Assembly (NCBI RefSeq): GCF_965152275.1 | Contig: NC_134246.1 | Coordinates: forward strand, 34,532,151 to 34,596,150 | Reading direction: 5' to 3' | Length of the DNA stretch: 64,000 nucleotides | DNA from: Natator depressus | Taxonomy: Eukaryota | Part shown: piece after piece, positions 34,441 to 46,857 of the stretch | How the letters are laid out: every line of letters starts with the position of its first letter | How positions within the stretch are numbered: the stretch's first letter is position 1 | Program-made: the position numbers and the translations under genes | Notes under the pieces: model-generated | Seen by the model: only the letters and a program-made list of their open reading frames with translations | Told to the model about the DNA's origin: nothing | Databases searched by the model: none

Positions 34441-35486
34441 AGGGAGTATACCTTCTGGGATGTCATGTCAGGGTGACAGATGGGTGCCTCCATCCCCCTC
34501 AGAAGAGAGTCACAAGCCACTACTACCCTACGTTTCTCCTGGGAGTGGTGGCTGCAATCCTCCCAGCCTTGGGAATAAATGGCTTCTCCTCCACCTTTGG
34601 GTGTGATTCCTCATCGCTCATTGCCAGGGCAGCATAACGGTTCCTCATCACTAAGGTGCGTGGGTTGGGAGAAGGGGTGGACTACTGCCTGCTGCCAGAA
34701 GTAACCAGCAGCCAGTGTCCTCCCTGTGACAGAGCCATATCCTCCTCCCCCGGTGGAGTTACAGAAGTTCTCTCTAGTGGCATAGCTTCCTCAGCCTTGG
34801 ACATATCCATATGAATCATCTCAATGAATTCCTCATGGGCACGGATGCTCCTCAGCCTAGCCATCTCCACCTCTAGCTCTCCCACCTGCTTCCTGAGAGA
34901 TTACACCAACAGGCACCTTTCACCAGCATGGACCCCCCAGCCTGGCTTTCTGAGAGTGGGAAATGCAGGCCACAATCTCTGCAAATCCACACCAGGCTCT
35001 GCATAGAGGCATCCATGGTCAGGTTGTCTGTCTGATGAAGGTGCTGGTGGAGGAGACAGGAGCAGTGGTGGCACTGGCGATGTGGCCTTTCCAAACCATA
35101 GCAATTATATTACAACTCCCTCTTACAAACCCTCTATCAAAGTCCCCTGTTTGCGGTTACGAGGACACTAATGGTCAGCAGATTATGAGTTTTCAAATGA
35201 TATCTCACCAGGCATACTTTGTACAAAATTTACCATGGTCTTGTAAAGGGGATGGATATAGGGGCTCCACAGTCTGTCACACTGTGTTCAGTTCCTGACT
35301 GCTGTTAGGGTTAGATTTAGGTTATTTATGAGACATCAGATATCCCAGGCTCAGTTCATTTTTATTAGTCAAAGACAAAACAGCACAACATAGAAAGGTA
35401 AAGGTTAATACACCACGAATCCAGGGGGAAGTTCTGCTGCTTCACTTCTGTTCCATCTATCTTGCAGAAATTCACCCTCTTATATA

Positions 35487-35575
35487 GAATCATAGAAGAT
35501 TAGGGTTGGAAGAGACCTCAGGAGGTCATCTAGTCCAACACCCTGCTCAAAGCAGGACCAAGCCTATACCACGTG
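35487..35575 (-). mobile_element. Isolated CR1 3'-end fragment.
   Basis: gaatcatagaagattagggttggaagagacctcaggaggtcatctagtccaacaccctgctcaaagcaggacc. Confidence 0.5.
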
Positions 35576-36232
35576 TTTACAAAAAAGAGACAAAATAAAT
35601 TCCATTCTCATAATCTTTCTACTTGTGAAGTTCATTTCATGGCATCTCTGTTTACACAACTGTTAAGCTAAAGACAAGCCATTATTTCATCAATCAAAGA
35701 AGAGATATTCAATAACAAGCATTCCCATTCTTGGTCTCCTCCACATCAGGACACATATTCTAAGGTTCAGCAGACCAAAGCAAGCGGACACACACAATCC
35801 ATCATTCAACAATATACTAAGATTCCACCTGAGTACAAAGGATTATGGATACAGAGCATTATAAGCACTTTGATTCATCCACAAAGGATTATGGGAGTCT
35901 GGTTCATCTCCCAACAGATGCCAAGAACTTTGCTTCAACTGTTAACACTGTTACAAACTTCAGTCTAAGTCACTTGAAGTCTATTTACAAAGGTATTTAG
36001 GCACTAAAAGATGAAGGTTAGTATCTAGTGCAATTTTTTTTAAATGTCATATAATTTAGGCACCTAAATCCCAAAGGGTTTGGGGCACCTAAGCACTTTT
36101 GGAAAATCCCACTAGGTGTATAAATACCTTTAACAATCCAGCCCTTAGTACCTTAGTTCCCATTTGTAGAATGGGGATAATGTGTCTTCCTTTCTCCCAC
36201 ATATTATTGTCTGTCTGGTCTATTCAGACCAT

Positions 36233-36400
36233 GTGTATATGTGTGTGTGTGTGTGCTGTGCTATGCTAGAGATGTATGTGTGTGTGTGTGTTTCCCCCTG
36301 TTGGAGGGTATGAGGACAGCTCAGTGTTTGTGTGTGTGTGTTGCCCCTGCTGGAGGGAATGAGGACTGCTCAATTTGTGTGTGTGCACACGCGTGTGCCA
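36233..36400. repeat. GT-rich microsatellite / low-complexity region.
   Basis: gtgtgtgtgtgtgtgctgtgctatg...gtgtgtgtgtgtgtttcc. The ORFs across it are spurious. Confidence 0.8.
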
Positions 36401-37630
36401 CTCTACGGGAGGAAAAGGTGCAGTCTCACGTCTGATTGCTGTATCCGTGTGTGTGACAGAACAAGAAGGAGAGCACAGCGGGGAAAGCAGAGAGTTACCA
36501 ATAAGCAAACACCCAGCCAAGATACAGATGGGTCGTCAAGTGGCAATTCCAAAAGGGACAATGGGGACAAACACATGAGTTTATAGTTGAATCTGGCCTG
36601 ATCTGCAGCAGTGCTGGCTGACCGACATGCCCACTCAGGCTACTCGGAGATGTGGGCTCTTTCTTCAGCTGCTCCGGCTCAGGACGGCATAGCTATTAGG
36701 TTTAATTTTAAAACCAGGGGTATGTTAGAATTTACCTTTAAAGGCTTCCTAATTAAACCCAGAGAACCTAAGGGATTGTGTCCTGGGAGGCTCAGAATTC
36801 AGGTGAAATACACCGACTCTACCACATCCACGGCATACACAGGCACCCTGACTTGCTGCAAAGTTGTTTGAATTTCTTTTATATGCAAGGGATCTGTTCC
36901 ACTTGGGTAGGATTTTTCTCTTCCCCCATGGAACTGAAAGGAGAATACCATTCAAAACAAACAGAATTCAGACATGAAGGCTCAGATTCAGGTCTTAGTT
37001 ATTCAAAGACAATTATTGAGTAACCACGTTGAAGTCAAATGTCTTCTTCCAGATTTACACAGGTGAAGTCTGAGTCACAGTGCTCTGTTAGTATTTTATT
37101 TTTAAAATAGACAGCTTGACAGATACAGGAGTGTGTATGGGGATAGGTAGATAGATAGCTAGATGAATGAGTGTGTATTGGGATGGATGGATGGATGTTG
37201 ATGTAAATTGGCCAAGCTTAATTAAAGTCAATGTGGCTTCACCAACTCATACCAGCTGATGAAACCAAAAACACTATCAGAGCTTGTCGTTTTTAGCCTA
37301 GAAAAATGCAGGCTGAGAAGGATCTGGTTGCGCTCTATAAATACATCAAAGAGGTAAACTCCAGGGAGAGAGATGAGCTATTGAAGCTAAAGAACAAAGT
37401 CGCCACATGAACACATAGACAGGAGCAGCTTCCCCATCGGATGAGTTGGGGGGCAGACAACCTATCCAGTTAGAAACTGGAGCTGGGTCAGTTTATGAAT
37501 GGGATGATATGACAGGGCTACCTGTAGTAGCCAGAACTGGACTGGACTGGACTGAATGACCCAGGAGGTCCCTTCCATTCCTGTGTCCCTATGAGCTGGC
37601 CCATAATATTTTTTCCTCTTCCTTCTGCAG

Positions 37631-38575
37631 ATGAGCTATACCAGTGAAACTGCACAGAGGAATCACAGCACAGTGACCCAACTCATTTATCTTGGCTTCT
37701 CCCAGAATCCAGTGACACGAGCAATACTTTGCGTAGGTTTCTCCATTATCTACACCATCTCCCTGATGGGCAACAGCATCATCAACCTCATCACAATGCT
37801 GGACTTGGCCCTCCACACCCCTATGTATTTCTTCCTCTGGAACCTGTCCTTTTTGGAGAGCTGCTACATCTCTGTCACCATCCCCAAGATGCTGGTCAAC
37901 TTTGTCTCTGAGGAGAGGACCATCTCCTTCACTGGGTGTACCATCCAGATGCATTTCGTCCTTTCTCTTGGGACAGCAGAGTGCTACCTGCTGGCCGCCA
38001 TGGCATACAGGGCCATCTGCTCCCCTCTGCATTACCCCACCATTATGAATCCCAGAGCCCGTGCCAAGATGGCTGCTGTCTGCTGGCTCTGTGGAATCCT
38101 GATGCCCATGAGCAAAGTGATTTGTATCTTCTCCTTGCCCTACTGTGGGCCCAACAAGATCAACCACTTCTTCTGCGACATCCCCCCTGTGCTGAAGCTG
38201 GCCTGTGGGGACACCTCCAGGAGCGAGGTCTTCATTGTACCGATCAGCCTAATGATCTCTGTCATCCCCTTCCTAATGGTGCTGGTGTCCTATGCCTGCA
38301 TCCTCTACACCATCCTGAAGACAACTTTATCCGAGGGAAGGCACAAAGCTTTCTCCACCTGCTCCTCCCACCTCACCGCAGTCATCTTGTTCTATGGTTC
38401 AACCTGTGCTATGTACCTGCAGCCTAAGTCCAGCCACGTAGCGGACATGGACAGAGTGGTGGCCCTATTTCATACCGTCGTCATCCCCACGTTAAACCCT
38501 ATGATCTACAGCCTAAGGAACCAGGAGGTGAAGGCTGCTCTGAAGAGACTGAGGGGGAGGAAAAGATTTTCATGA
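37631..38575 (+). CDS. Olfactory receptor (class II-like), single exon, 314-aa open frame. The DRY motif is deleted (MAY-RAIC where MAYDRYVAIC is expected), so it may be non-functional.
   Basis: LGFS, PMYFFLWNLSFLESCY, KAFSTCSSHL, PTLNPMIYSLRNQEVKAALKRL and an N-terminal NHS glycosylation site are present. At 38003-38017 the sequence reads gcatacagggccatc, encoding AYRAI. Confidence 0.8.
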   Translation: MSYTSETAQRNHSTVTQLIYLGFSQNPVTRAILCVGFSIIYTISLMGNSIINLITMLDLALHTPMYFFLWNLSFLESCYISVTIPKMLVNFVSEERTISFTGCTIQMHFVLSLGTAECYLLAAMAYRAICSPLHYPTIMNPRARAKMAAVCWLCGILMPMSKVICIFSLPYCGPNKINHFFCDIPPVLKLACGDTSRSEVFIVPISLMISVIPFLMVLVSYACILYTILKTTLSEGRHKAFSTCSSHLTAVILFYGSTCAMYLQPKSSHVADMDRVVALFHTVVIPTLNPMIYSLRNQEVKAALKRLRGRKRFS

Positions 38576-38626
38576 AAGATTTAAAAGCTTTGGAGCTGTC
38601 CAGTTCAAATTAGGACTTTTTATCAA

Positions 38627-38632
38627 AATAAA
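38627..38632 (+). terminator. AATAAA poly(A) signal candidate 52 bp downstream of the OR stop.
   Basis: tatcaaaataaattaaaaat. Confidence 0.3.
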
Positions 38633-38754
38633 TTAAAAATTACCAAACAATTTCTTCTGGCTGGGTTTTCACATTACAGCATCTTTTCTCTCCTCTCATG
38701 TCTATGGTTCTGATGTATGAGCACCTGTCTGAAAACTAAAGCCAGGCAGCTGAA

Positions 38755-38756
<2 letters not shown>

Positions 38757-38832
<76 letters not shown>
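38757..38832. repeat. (TTTC)19 microsatellite.
   Basis: Perfect run. Confidence 0.95.
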
Positions 38833-38833
<1 letters not shown>

Positions 38834-39339
38834 ACAGTTACTTAGGAATAAATGTACTGATGCCAATGTTGACACCCTGGGGGCTTGTTCACATGGGGAT
38901 ACTCAAGAAAATTAATCCAAATTAACTAAAGGTGTGGATTAGCTAAACTACATTAAACCCGTCTGTGGACACTTTCATTTGGAATTACAGTGGCCTTACT
39001 TTGGAAGTGGAATTAAACTAACCTGAATTAAGGCTATATTAATTTTGAATGAGAGTGTCCACACATGGGTTTAATGCAGTTTATCTAAACCTCTTTTAGT
39101 ACACATTTGGGCCTGTTCTACACTAAAAAGTTAGCTTGACCCAGCTTTATTGCTCAGGGGAGTGAAAAATCCACACCCCTAAGCAGCATAGTGAAGCTGT
39201 TCTAATCCCCAGTGTAGTCAGTGCTAGTTGGCCAGAAGAATTCTTTCATCCACCTAGCTACTACCTCTTGGGGAGGTGGATTACCTGTACTGACAGGAGA
39301 ACCCCTCCTGTTCTCATAGGTAGTGTCTACACTGAACAT

Positions 39340-39400
39340 AAAAACAGCCATACTGGGTCAGATCAATGGTCCATCTAGCCCAGTATCCAGAGCTTAATTT
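39340..39400 (+). repeat. Short 5' fragment of the same ccatactgggtcagatcaatggtccatctagcccagtatcc family.
   Basis: acataaaaacagccatactgggtcagatcaatggtccatctagcccagtatccag. Confidence 0.4.
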
Positions 39401-39506
39401 GTGTTTGAGGCTTGCCAGGGCTGAGCCCTAGCATCTCTAGGCTTGAAAGTTCACAGCCCCAGCATGTCTGGTCTTGCTGTGTCAGACAGAGGCACCAACT
39501 TTCTAT

Positions 39507-39672
39507 TAAGAAAAGGAGTATTTGTGGCACCTTAGAGACCAACAAATTTATTTGAGCATAAGCTTTCGTGAAGTGAGCTGCAGCTCATGAAAGCTCATGC
39601 TCAAATAAATTGGTTAGTCTAAGGTGCCACAAGTACTCCTTTTCTTTTTGCGAATACAGACTAACACAGCTG
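39507..39672. repeat. Third copy of the palindromic hairpin repeat, flanked by the 12-bp direct repeat caactttctatt.
   Basis: aaaaggagtatttgtggcaccttagagaccaacaaatttatttgagcataagctttcgtgaagtgagctgcagctcatgaaagctcatgctcaaataaattggttagtctaaggtgccacaagtactccttttctttttgcgaatacagactaacacagctg. The flanks are ccaactttctatt|...|caactttctatt. Confidence 0.7.
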
Positions 39673-39957
39673 CAACTTTCTATTGTGTCAGGGGTGCTCT
39701 CCCCCGCTCTGCCCCAGGCCCTGCCCCCACTCCTCCCCTTCCCCAAAGGCCCCATGCCTTCCCCGCCTCTTTCTGCCCTGCTCTGCCATGCCCTGCCTCA
39801 TCCCACCCTGTTCTGCCCCCTCCCCTGAGTACACCCTGCCCTCGCTCCTCCCCGCTCTGTCCCAGTGCCTCCTGCATGCTGCTAAACAGATGATCACTGG
39901 GGAGAAAGGGGAAAGTTGATTGGGGATGGGTGATGAGCACCCACCATATTTTTTCAA

Positions 39958-41835
39958 CCCCTCTGCTCAAAACAGGACTAACCCCAACTAAATCATCCCA
40001 GCCAGGGCTTTGTCAAGATGGGCCTTAAAAAACCTCTAAGGATGGAGCTTCAACCACCTCCCTAGGTAACCCATTCACGTGCTTCACCACCCTCCTAGTG
40101 AAATAGTGTTTTCTAATATCCAACCTAGACCTCCCCCACTGCAACTTGAGACCATTGCTCCTTGTTCTGTCATCTGCCACCACTGAGAACAGCCAAGTTT
40201 CACCCTCGTCGGAGCCCCCCTTCAGGAAGTTGAAGGCTGCTATCAAATCCCCCCTCACTCTTCTCTTCTATAGACTAAATAAGCCCAGTTCCATCAGTCT
40301 CTCCTCGTAAATCATGTGCTCCAGCCCCCTGATTGCCCTCCACTGGACTATCTCTAATTTGTCCACATCCTTTTTGTAGTGGGGGCCCAAAACTGGATGC
40401 ATACTTCAGATGTGGCCTCACTAGTGCTGAATAGAGGGGAATAATCCCTTCCCTCCATCTGCTGGCAATGCTCCTACTAATGCAGCCCAATATGCCGTTA
40501 GCCTTCTGGGCAACAACAGCACACTGCTGACTCATATCCAACTTCTCATCCACTGTAATCCCCAGGTCCTTTTCTGCAGAACTGCCGCTTAGCCAGTCGG
40601 TCCCCGGACTGTAGCAGTGCATGGGAATCTTCTGTTCTAAGTGCAGGACTCTGCACTTGTGCTTGTTGAACCTCATCGGATTTCTTTTGGCCCAATCCTC
40701 CAATTTGTCTAGGTCACTGTGGACCCTATCCCTACCCTCCAGCGTATCTACCTCTCCCCCCACCCTTCCCCGATCAATTGCTGAGGGTGCAATCCATCCC
40801 ATCATCCAGATCATTAATGAAGATGTTGAATAAAACCGGCCCCAGGAATGACCCTTGGGGCATTCCACTTGATACTGGCTGCCAACTAGACATCAAGCCG
40901 TTGATCACTACCCATTGAGCCCGACAATCTAGCCAGCTTTCTATTCACCTTATAGTCCATTCATCCAATCCATACTTTTTTAACTTGCTGGCAATAATAC
41001 TGTGGGAGACTGTAACAAAAGCTTTGCTAAAGTCAAGGTATATCATGTCCACCACTTTCCCCATATCCACAGAGTCAGTTATCTCATCATAGAAGGCAAT
41101 CAGGTTGGTCAGGCGTGACTTGCCCTTGGTGAATCCATGTTGACTGTACCTGATCACCTTCCTCTCCTCCAAGTGCTTCAAAATGGATTCCTTGAGGACC
41201 TGCTCCATGATTTTTCTGGGGACAGAGGTGAGGCTGATCGGTCTGTAGTTCCCCAGATTCTCCTTCTTCCCTTTTTAAAAGATGGGCACTACATTAGCCT
41301 TTTTCCATCATACAGGACGTGCCCAGATCACCACCAGTTTTCAAAGATAATGGCCAATAGTTCTGCAATCACATCAGCCAACTCCATCAACACCCTCGGA
41401 TACATTGCATCCAGCACCCTGGACTTGTGCATGTCCAGCTTTGTTAAATAGTCCTTAACCTGTGCTTTCACGACTGAGGGCTGCTCACCTCCTCCCCATA
41501 CTGAGCTGCCCAGTGCAGCAGTCTAGGAACTTACCTTATCTGTGAAGACTGAGGCAAAAAAAGCATTGAATACTTCAGCTTTTTCACATCATCTGTCACT
41601 AGGTTGCAGTAAGGGGCCCACACTTTCCCTAACCTTCTTCTTGTTGCTATCATACCTGTAGAAACCCTTCTTGTTACCCTTTCCATCCCTTGTTAGCTGC
41701 AACTCCAACTGTGCTTTGGACTTCCTGATTACACCCCTGCATGCTTGAGCAATATTTTTATACTTGTCCCTAATCATCTGTCCAAGTTTCCACTTCTTGT
41801 AAGATTCCTTTTTGTGTTTAAGATCACTGAAGATT
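39958..41835 (-). mobile_element. CR1 LINE copy 3, degraded. ORF2 RT pieces only, truncated at both ends.
   Basis: 40025-40258 reads [14 protein letters not shown]...[11 protein letters not shown]. 40275-40868 reads KCRVLHLEQKIPMHCY...[16 protein letters not shown]. 40945-41208 reads [30 protein letters not shown]...[13 protein letters not shown]. Confidence 0.7.
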
Positions 41836-43105
41836 TCTCTGTTAAGTGTTACCTAGCAGCTCTGTGTTCTTGGGAAACCAGGGGTGCAGTACCCAGCCTT
41901 TCTGACTCAGGAAACACCCTCCCCCACCCCGCAGCCTCTGCTTGAACCAAATCTGTATCAGAAGAAAGACTTAAAACAAGCAATGAAAAGGCAGTGGGAG
42001 GCACACCTAAACCCCTGGGATAAGGATGACAGGATTAAGGAAACGCTCCCAGCCTCATTTGCATCGAAGATGGGACAAGGTGGCATCTCCATTAGCTTGC
42101 AGAATGGAGAACAGAGATTCCAAGGCAAGAACCACATGGAACTCTGGGACCAGAAAAGCAGGGAAGCACTGCATGATGTGGGATCTCTGCTCCAGATGTT
42201 AATGAACCCACTCCTGCACACACCCAGTTCAGTAGTTATCAGACCAATTCTAAAAATAAATCCTTTATTGGTGTCCAAAATAGTGAAGCTTCCTAATTGC
42301 ATTGTGAGCTCCCTCCAAGGAACACTGCCCAAAGCCCCGAATGATCAACTGCCATGGTCTAGCCTGAACAAAACAACTTTGGTATATTCCCTTGTTTACA
42401 GATAAACAAATCGAGTGTTCTCCCTTGTGGAATGTCCTTACTCCGAGTTTGAAGTAACAAGCCAGAGGCAGCTTTATTATGAGCAACTGCAATTGTATGG
42501 GAGAGTACATACGGGCAGGGATTCCCCTCCCTAGGCAGGTCTCCGTTAGATAAACAATTAGGGCAACCATTTATACCTTTTGTTACAGACAATAATGATC
42601 AACAACCGCATCTTGTTTATACATATTCCTTCTGATATCTTACTTTTCTCAGCAGTTCCTGCTACAGTCTGTCTTCCATTATTATCTAACACAAGGTAGA
42701 AAAACAGTATCTCTTACAGGTTTTTTTTTGTTCCACTCACTTTCCACTTGCCCAGGCCCTGTCTGAAATCTTGCATTATTAGAGCTAGTGTTAGCCTGAC
42801 TCTTACTTTATTCCTAGAAGTCAAGATATCTGCATTCAAATTCCCTTTATCCTTTTCTCTACTTCCACACTCTTGAACCATTGTTGTTTCTCTACAAAAA
42901 CACCTACCCATGATCAAGTAGGTGTTCAGATGCCTGGATCCAAAATCTGCATCAGTTTCATTGGGACTTCATCTTCTCCTGACTGATCATGCTGGGGGCT
43001 CTGCCTGTCTCCAGCACTCCGGACCCTCAGCCACCAACACCATCTGGGACCTGCAATCGATTCAAGCTTCATGGAGTGGTGAGAACCCAGCTTTCTCTCT
43101 TTCTC

Positions 43106-43930
43106 GGTGTAGCCTTCTGACCCTGTTTCAGGGTTCCCTCGCCACTCTGAACTCTAGGGTACAGATGTGGGGACCTGCATGAAAGACCCCCTAAGCTTAT
43201 TTTTATCAGCTTATGTTAAAAAGTTTCCGAAGGCACAAATTCCACCTTGTCCTTGAACAGTATGCTGCCACCACCAAGTGATTTAGACAAAGAACAGGGA
43301 AAGGACCACTTGGAGTTCCTATTTCCCCAAAATATCCCCCCAAGCCCTTACACCCCCTTTCCTGGGGAGGCTTGAGAATAAACAAGATGAACACAAACCA
43401 GCCTTGGATTTTTGAGACCCAAAAACCCCAATCAGATTCTTAAAAAAACAGAACTTTATTAGAAGAACAAAAAAAGATAAGAGAACAACTCTGTAAGATC
43501 AGAATGGAAGATAATCTTACAGGCAGTCAGATTCAAAACATAGAGAATCCCTCTAGGCAAAACCTTAAGTTACAAAAAGACACAAAAACAAGAATACACA
43601 TTTCCTCCGGCACAGCGAATTTCACAAGCCAAAACAAAGAAAACCTAGCACATTTTCCAGCTAGATTACTTACTAACTTTACAGGAGTTGGAGGGCTTGC
43701 ATCCTTGATCTGTTCCTGGCAAAGGTATTACTCAGACAGACAAAAGCCTTTTCCCCCCCTCCAGATTTGAAAGTATTTTGTTCCCTCATTGGTCATTTTG
43801 GGTCAGGTGCCAGCTAGGTTACCTGAGCTTCTTAACCCTTTACAGGTAAAAGGACTTTGCCTCTGGCCAGGAGGGATTTTATAACACTGTATACAGAAAG
43901 GCAGTTACCCTTCCCTTTATATTTATGACA
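43106..43930 (-). repeat. 3' LTR (in element sense) of the Gmr1-like element.
   Basis: tgtttcagggttccctcgccactctgaactctagggtacagatgtggggacctgcatgaaagaccc ... ccctttatatttatgaca. Confidence 0.7.
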
Positions 43931-44092
43931 TGGCTCGCAAATCACAGATAGTGTCAGACAGCCGGTTCCACACTGGCTGTGATTTCTTCCTGGAGCTCTA
44001 GGAGAAAACAGAGTTAATAAGACACATGCACCTCTAGAGATACTACTGATTATATAAAAACTAACAATAATTTCCAAATTTCAAGGAAGATT

Positions 44093-44521
44093 TTAACCAG
44101 TTGATTCTGGGAAACTTTCACTGGAGAGTGCATCAGCCGCCTTGTTAGAAGTTCCTGAAATGTGTTGTATTTCAGAATCAAAATCTTGGAGAGCTAAACT
44201 CCACCGAAGAAGTTTTTTGTTATTGTCCTTGACGGTATGAAGCCACTTCAGCGCAGAATGGTCAGTTTGCAGGTGGAAACGCCATCGCCAAACGTATGGG
44301 CGTAGCTTTTCCAGAGCGTACGTGATGGCGTAACATCCCCTTTTGCTGATTGACCAGTGGCTTTCCCTCTCAGACAGTTTTTTGCTGAGAAACACGACAG
44401 CATGGAATTCTTGATCCGGTCCTTCCTGCATTAAAACTGCTCCTACACCACGCTCAGATGCATTTGTGGTTACTAGGAACGGATTGTCAAAGTCTGGGGC
44501 CTTTAGCACAGGGTCAGACAT
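44093..44521 (-). CDS. RNase H domain.
   Basis: FLVTTNASERGVGAVLMQEG...HAVVFLSKKLSERESHWSISKRGCYAITYALEKLRPYV...LQTDHSALKWL. Confidence 0.65.
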   Translation of the reverse strand: MSDPVLKAPDFDNPFLVTTNASERGVGAVLMQEGPDQEFHAVVFLSKKLSERESHWSISKRGCYAITYALEKLRPYVWRWRFHLQTDHSALKWLHTVKDNNKKLLRWSLALQDFDSEIQHISGTSNKAADALSSESFPESTG

Positions 44522-44691
44522 GAGTGTCTCTTTAAGCTGGTTAAAGGCCTTCTGACACTCTTCAGTCCACTGAACTGCATTTGGCTGGGGTTTTTTGGTT
44601 AGGTCTGTTAGTTGGGCAGCAATTTGGCTGTATTGTGGTACAAATCACTGTAATATCTGACCAAGCCTAAGAAGGATTGGACCTGTTTTTT

Positions 44692-45342
44692 TTACTTTGG
44701 GACAGGCCACTTTTGGATAGCATCCACTTTGGCCTGTAGGGGGTTGATGGTTCCTTGACCCACCTGGTATTCAAGGTAAGTCACTCTGTTTAGACCTACT
44801 TGACACTTAGCCTTAACAGTTAGTTCTGCCTCCCTTTTGCTCTTGAAGGCTTTTTGTAGATGTTCCAGGTGTTCTGCCCAGGAATCCGAAAATATGGCCA
44901 CATCGTCAAGGTAGGCGACTGCATATTCTCCCAATCCCTCCAGGAGACCATTTACAACTTTTTGGAAGGTGGCGGGTGCATTTCGCAGCCCGAAAAGGAG
45001 CACATTAAATTCATACAGCCCAACATGTGTGATGAAGGCTGACCTTTCCTGGGCTGATTCATCTAGAGGTACCTGCCAGTACCCCTTGGTTAAGTCCAAG
45101 GTAGAGATGAACTGGGCCCGTCCCAGTTTCTCTAATACGTCATCTGTGCGTGGCATTGGATAGTTGTCTGGGCAAGTTACAGCATTTAGCTTACGGTAGT
45201 CCACGCAAAAACGTATCTCCCCATCTGGTTTGGGCACTACAACTACTGGAGATGCCCATGCACTGCCAGAGGGGTGGATTATACCCATCTGCAGCATATC
45301 CTGGATCTCCCGTTCTATAGCAGTTTTAGCTTGAGGAGACAC
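44692..45342 (-). CDS. Reverse transcriptase (Ty3/Gypsy type).
   Basis: WASPVVVVPKPDGEIRFCVDYRKLNAVT, LDLTKGYWQVPL, LLFGLRNAPATFQ, AYLDDVAIFS. Confidence 0.75.
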   Translation of the reverse strand: MSPQAKTAIEREIQDMLQMGIIHPSGSAWASPVVVVPKPDGEIRFCVDYRKLNAVTCPDNYPMPRTDDVLEKLGRAQFISTLDLTKGYWQVPLDESAQERSAFITHVGLYEFNVLLFGLRNAPATFQKVVNGLLEGLGEYAVAYLDDVAIFSDSWAEHLEHLQKAFKSKREAELTVKAKCQVGLNRVTYLEYQVGQGTINPLQAKVDAIQKWPVPK

Positions 45343-45620
45343 CCAGTAAGGTTGGTCTCTAAATGGGTGAGCATTACCTGTGTCAATGGAGTGTTATGCC
45401 CGTTCAGTCAGTCCTGGGGTGGCTGAGAACATTGACGCGTAGCTAGTGCACAGCTCCTTGATCTGCTGTCACTGCATACGCCCAAGGGTCATGGAGAGGT
45501 TCACCTCTTCCACATCACCAGCACTTTTCCCTTCGTAGTAGACACCTTCAGGCCACTCAGCGTCACCTCCTCCCTGGGCTGTAAACTGACAAACCTTTAA
45601 TTCTCTGGAATAAAAGGGAT

Positions 45621-46857
45621 TTAGAGAATTAATGTGGTACTCCTTAGGCTTTCAGTCTGAGGTGGGGAATGCTTTGAGATAACAGCTCCCAGGCACTCTT
45701 GGACCATGAATGGCCCTTCCCACGATGCTTCCATTTTATGGGCCTGGAGCGCTTTCAAGACCATGACCTGGTCTCCTACTTGGAAGAAACGCTCTCTGGC
45801 ATGTTTATCATACCAGGCTTTTTGCTCTTTTTGAGAGTCTTGTAGATTTTCTTTAGCAAGGGCTAAAGAGGTTAGGAGGGTGTTTTGTAGTTTGGGTACA
45901 AAGTCCAGAATGTTAGTTCCTGGAGAAGGTGTAAACCCCTCCCATTGCTGCTTCACCAACTGTAATGGCCCCTTAACCTCATGGCCATATACAAGTTCAA
46001 ATGGTGAAAACCCTAAACTGGGATGTGGTACAGCTCTGTAGGCAAAGAGCAACTGCTGCAACACTAGGTCCCAATCATTGGAGTGCTCATTTACGAATTT
46101 ACATATCATGGCCCCCAAAGTTCCATTAAACTTCTCCAGCAGGCCATTTGTTTGATGGTGGTAAGGAGTGGCAACCAAGTGATTCACCCCATGAGCCTCC
46201 CAAAGGCTTTCCATTAGTTCCTGCATCTGTAAGGATGTAGGAGGGCCAACCTACCTTGGCAAAAATGTCTGTTAGTGCCTGGCACACACTTTTAGCCCTG
46301 ATGTTGCTTAGAGCTACTGCTTCCGGCCATCGAGTGGCAAAATCCATGAAAGTCAGTATGTACTGCTTTCCTCTGGGTGTCTTTTTCGGAAAAGGACCCA
46401 GAATATCCACAGTTACTTGCTGAAATGGAACCTCAATGATGGGGAGTGGCTGGAGAGGGGCTTTGACCTGGTCTTGGGGTTTTCCCACTCTTTAGCACAC
46501 CTCACAAGAGTGGACATAGGTAGAAACATCCTTGCCCATTCCCTCCCAGTGGAACAACTTTCCCAAATGGTCTTTGGTTCTGTTCACCCCGGCATGGCCA
46601 CTAGGATGATCGTGGGCTAAGCTCAAGAGCTTGGCCTGGTACTTAGTTGGAACTACCAACTGTCTCTGAGGATGCCAGTCGTCCTGGTGTCCACCAGAAA
46701 GAGTTTCCTTGTATAAAAGTTCTCTTTCTACAACAAACCTGGATTGATTAGAAGAGCTGAGAGGCGGTGGGTTACTCCGTGCCATGCTCCAAGCTCTCTG
46801 GAGGCTTTCATCTGCTTCCTGTTCGGTCTGGAACTGTTCCCTTGATGTTGGAGACAT
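45621..46857 (-). CDS. Integrase (HHCC zinc finger plus rve catalytic core plus C-terminal part), three overlapping ORF pieces. It lies UPSTREAM of the RT in element sense.
   Basis: LAHDHPSGHAGVNRTKDHLGKLFHWEGMGKDVSTYVHSCEVC is the HHCC finger. VDILGPFPKKTPRGKQYILTFMDFATRWPEAVALSNIRAKSVCQAL...ILTDAGTNGKP is the D,D core. ATPYHHQTNGLLEKFNGTL carries the E. Confidence 0.7.

Noticed and set aside
36241-36586. Cys/Val-rich ORFs (MCVCVLCYARDVCVCV...).
   Set aside because: They are translations of a (GT)n-rich microsatellite region.
43951-44092. Polypurine tract upstream of the 3' LTR of the Gmr1-like element.
   Set aside because: No convincing purine run lies adjacent to the LTR, only aggaagaaa about 60 bp away. 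It was left unannotated.
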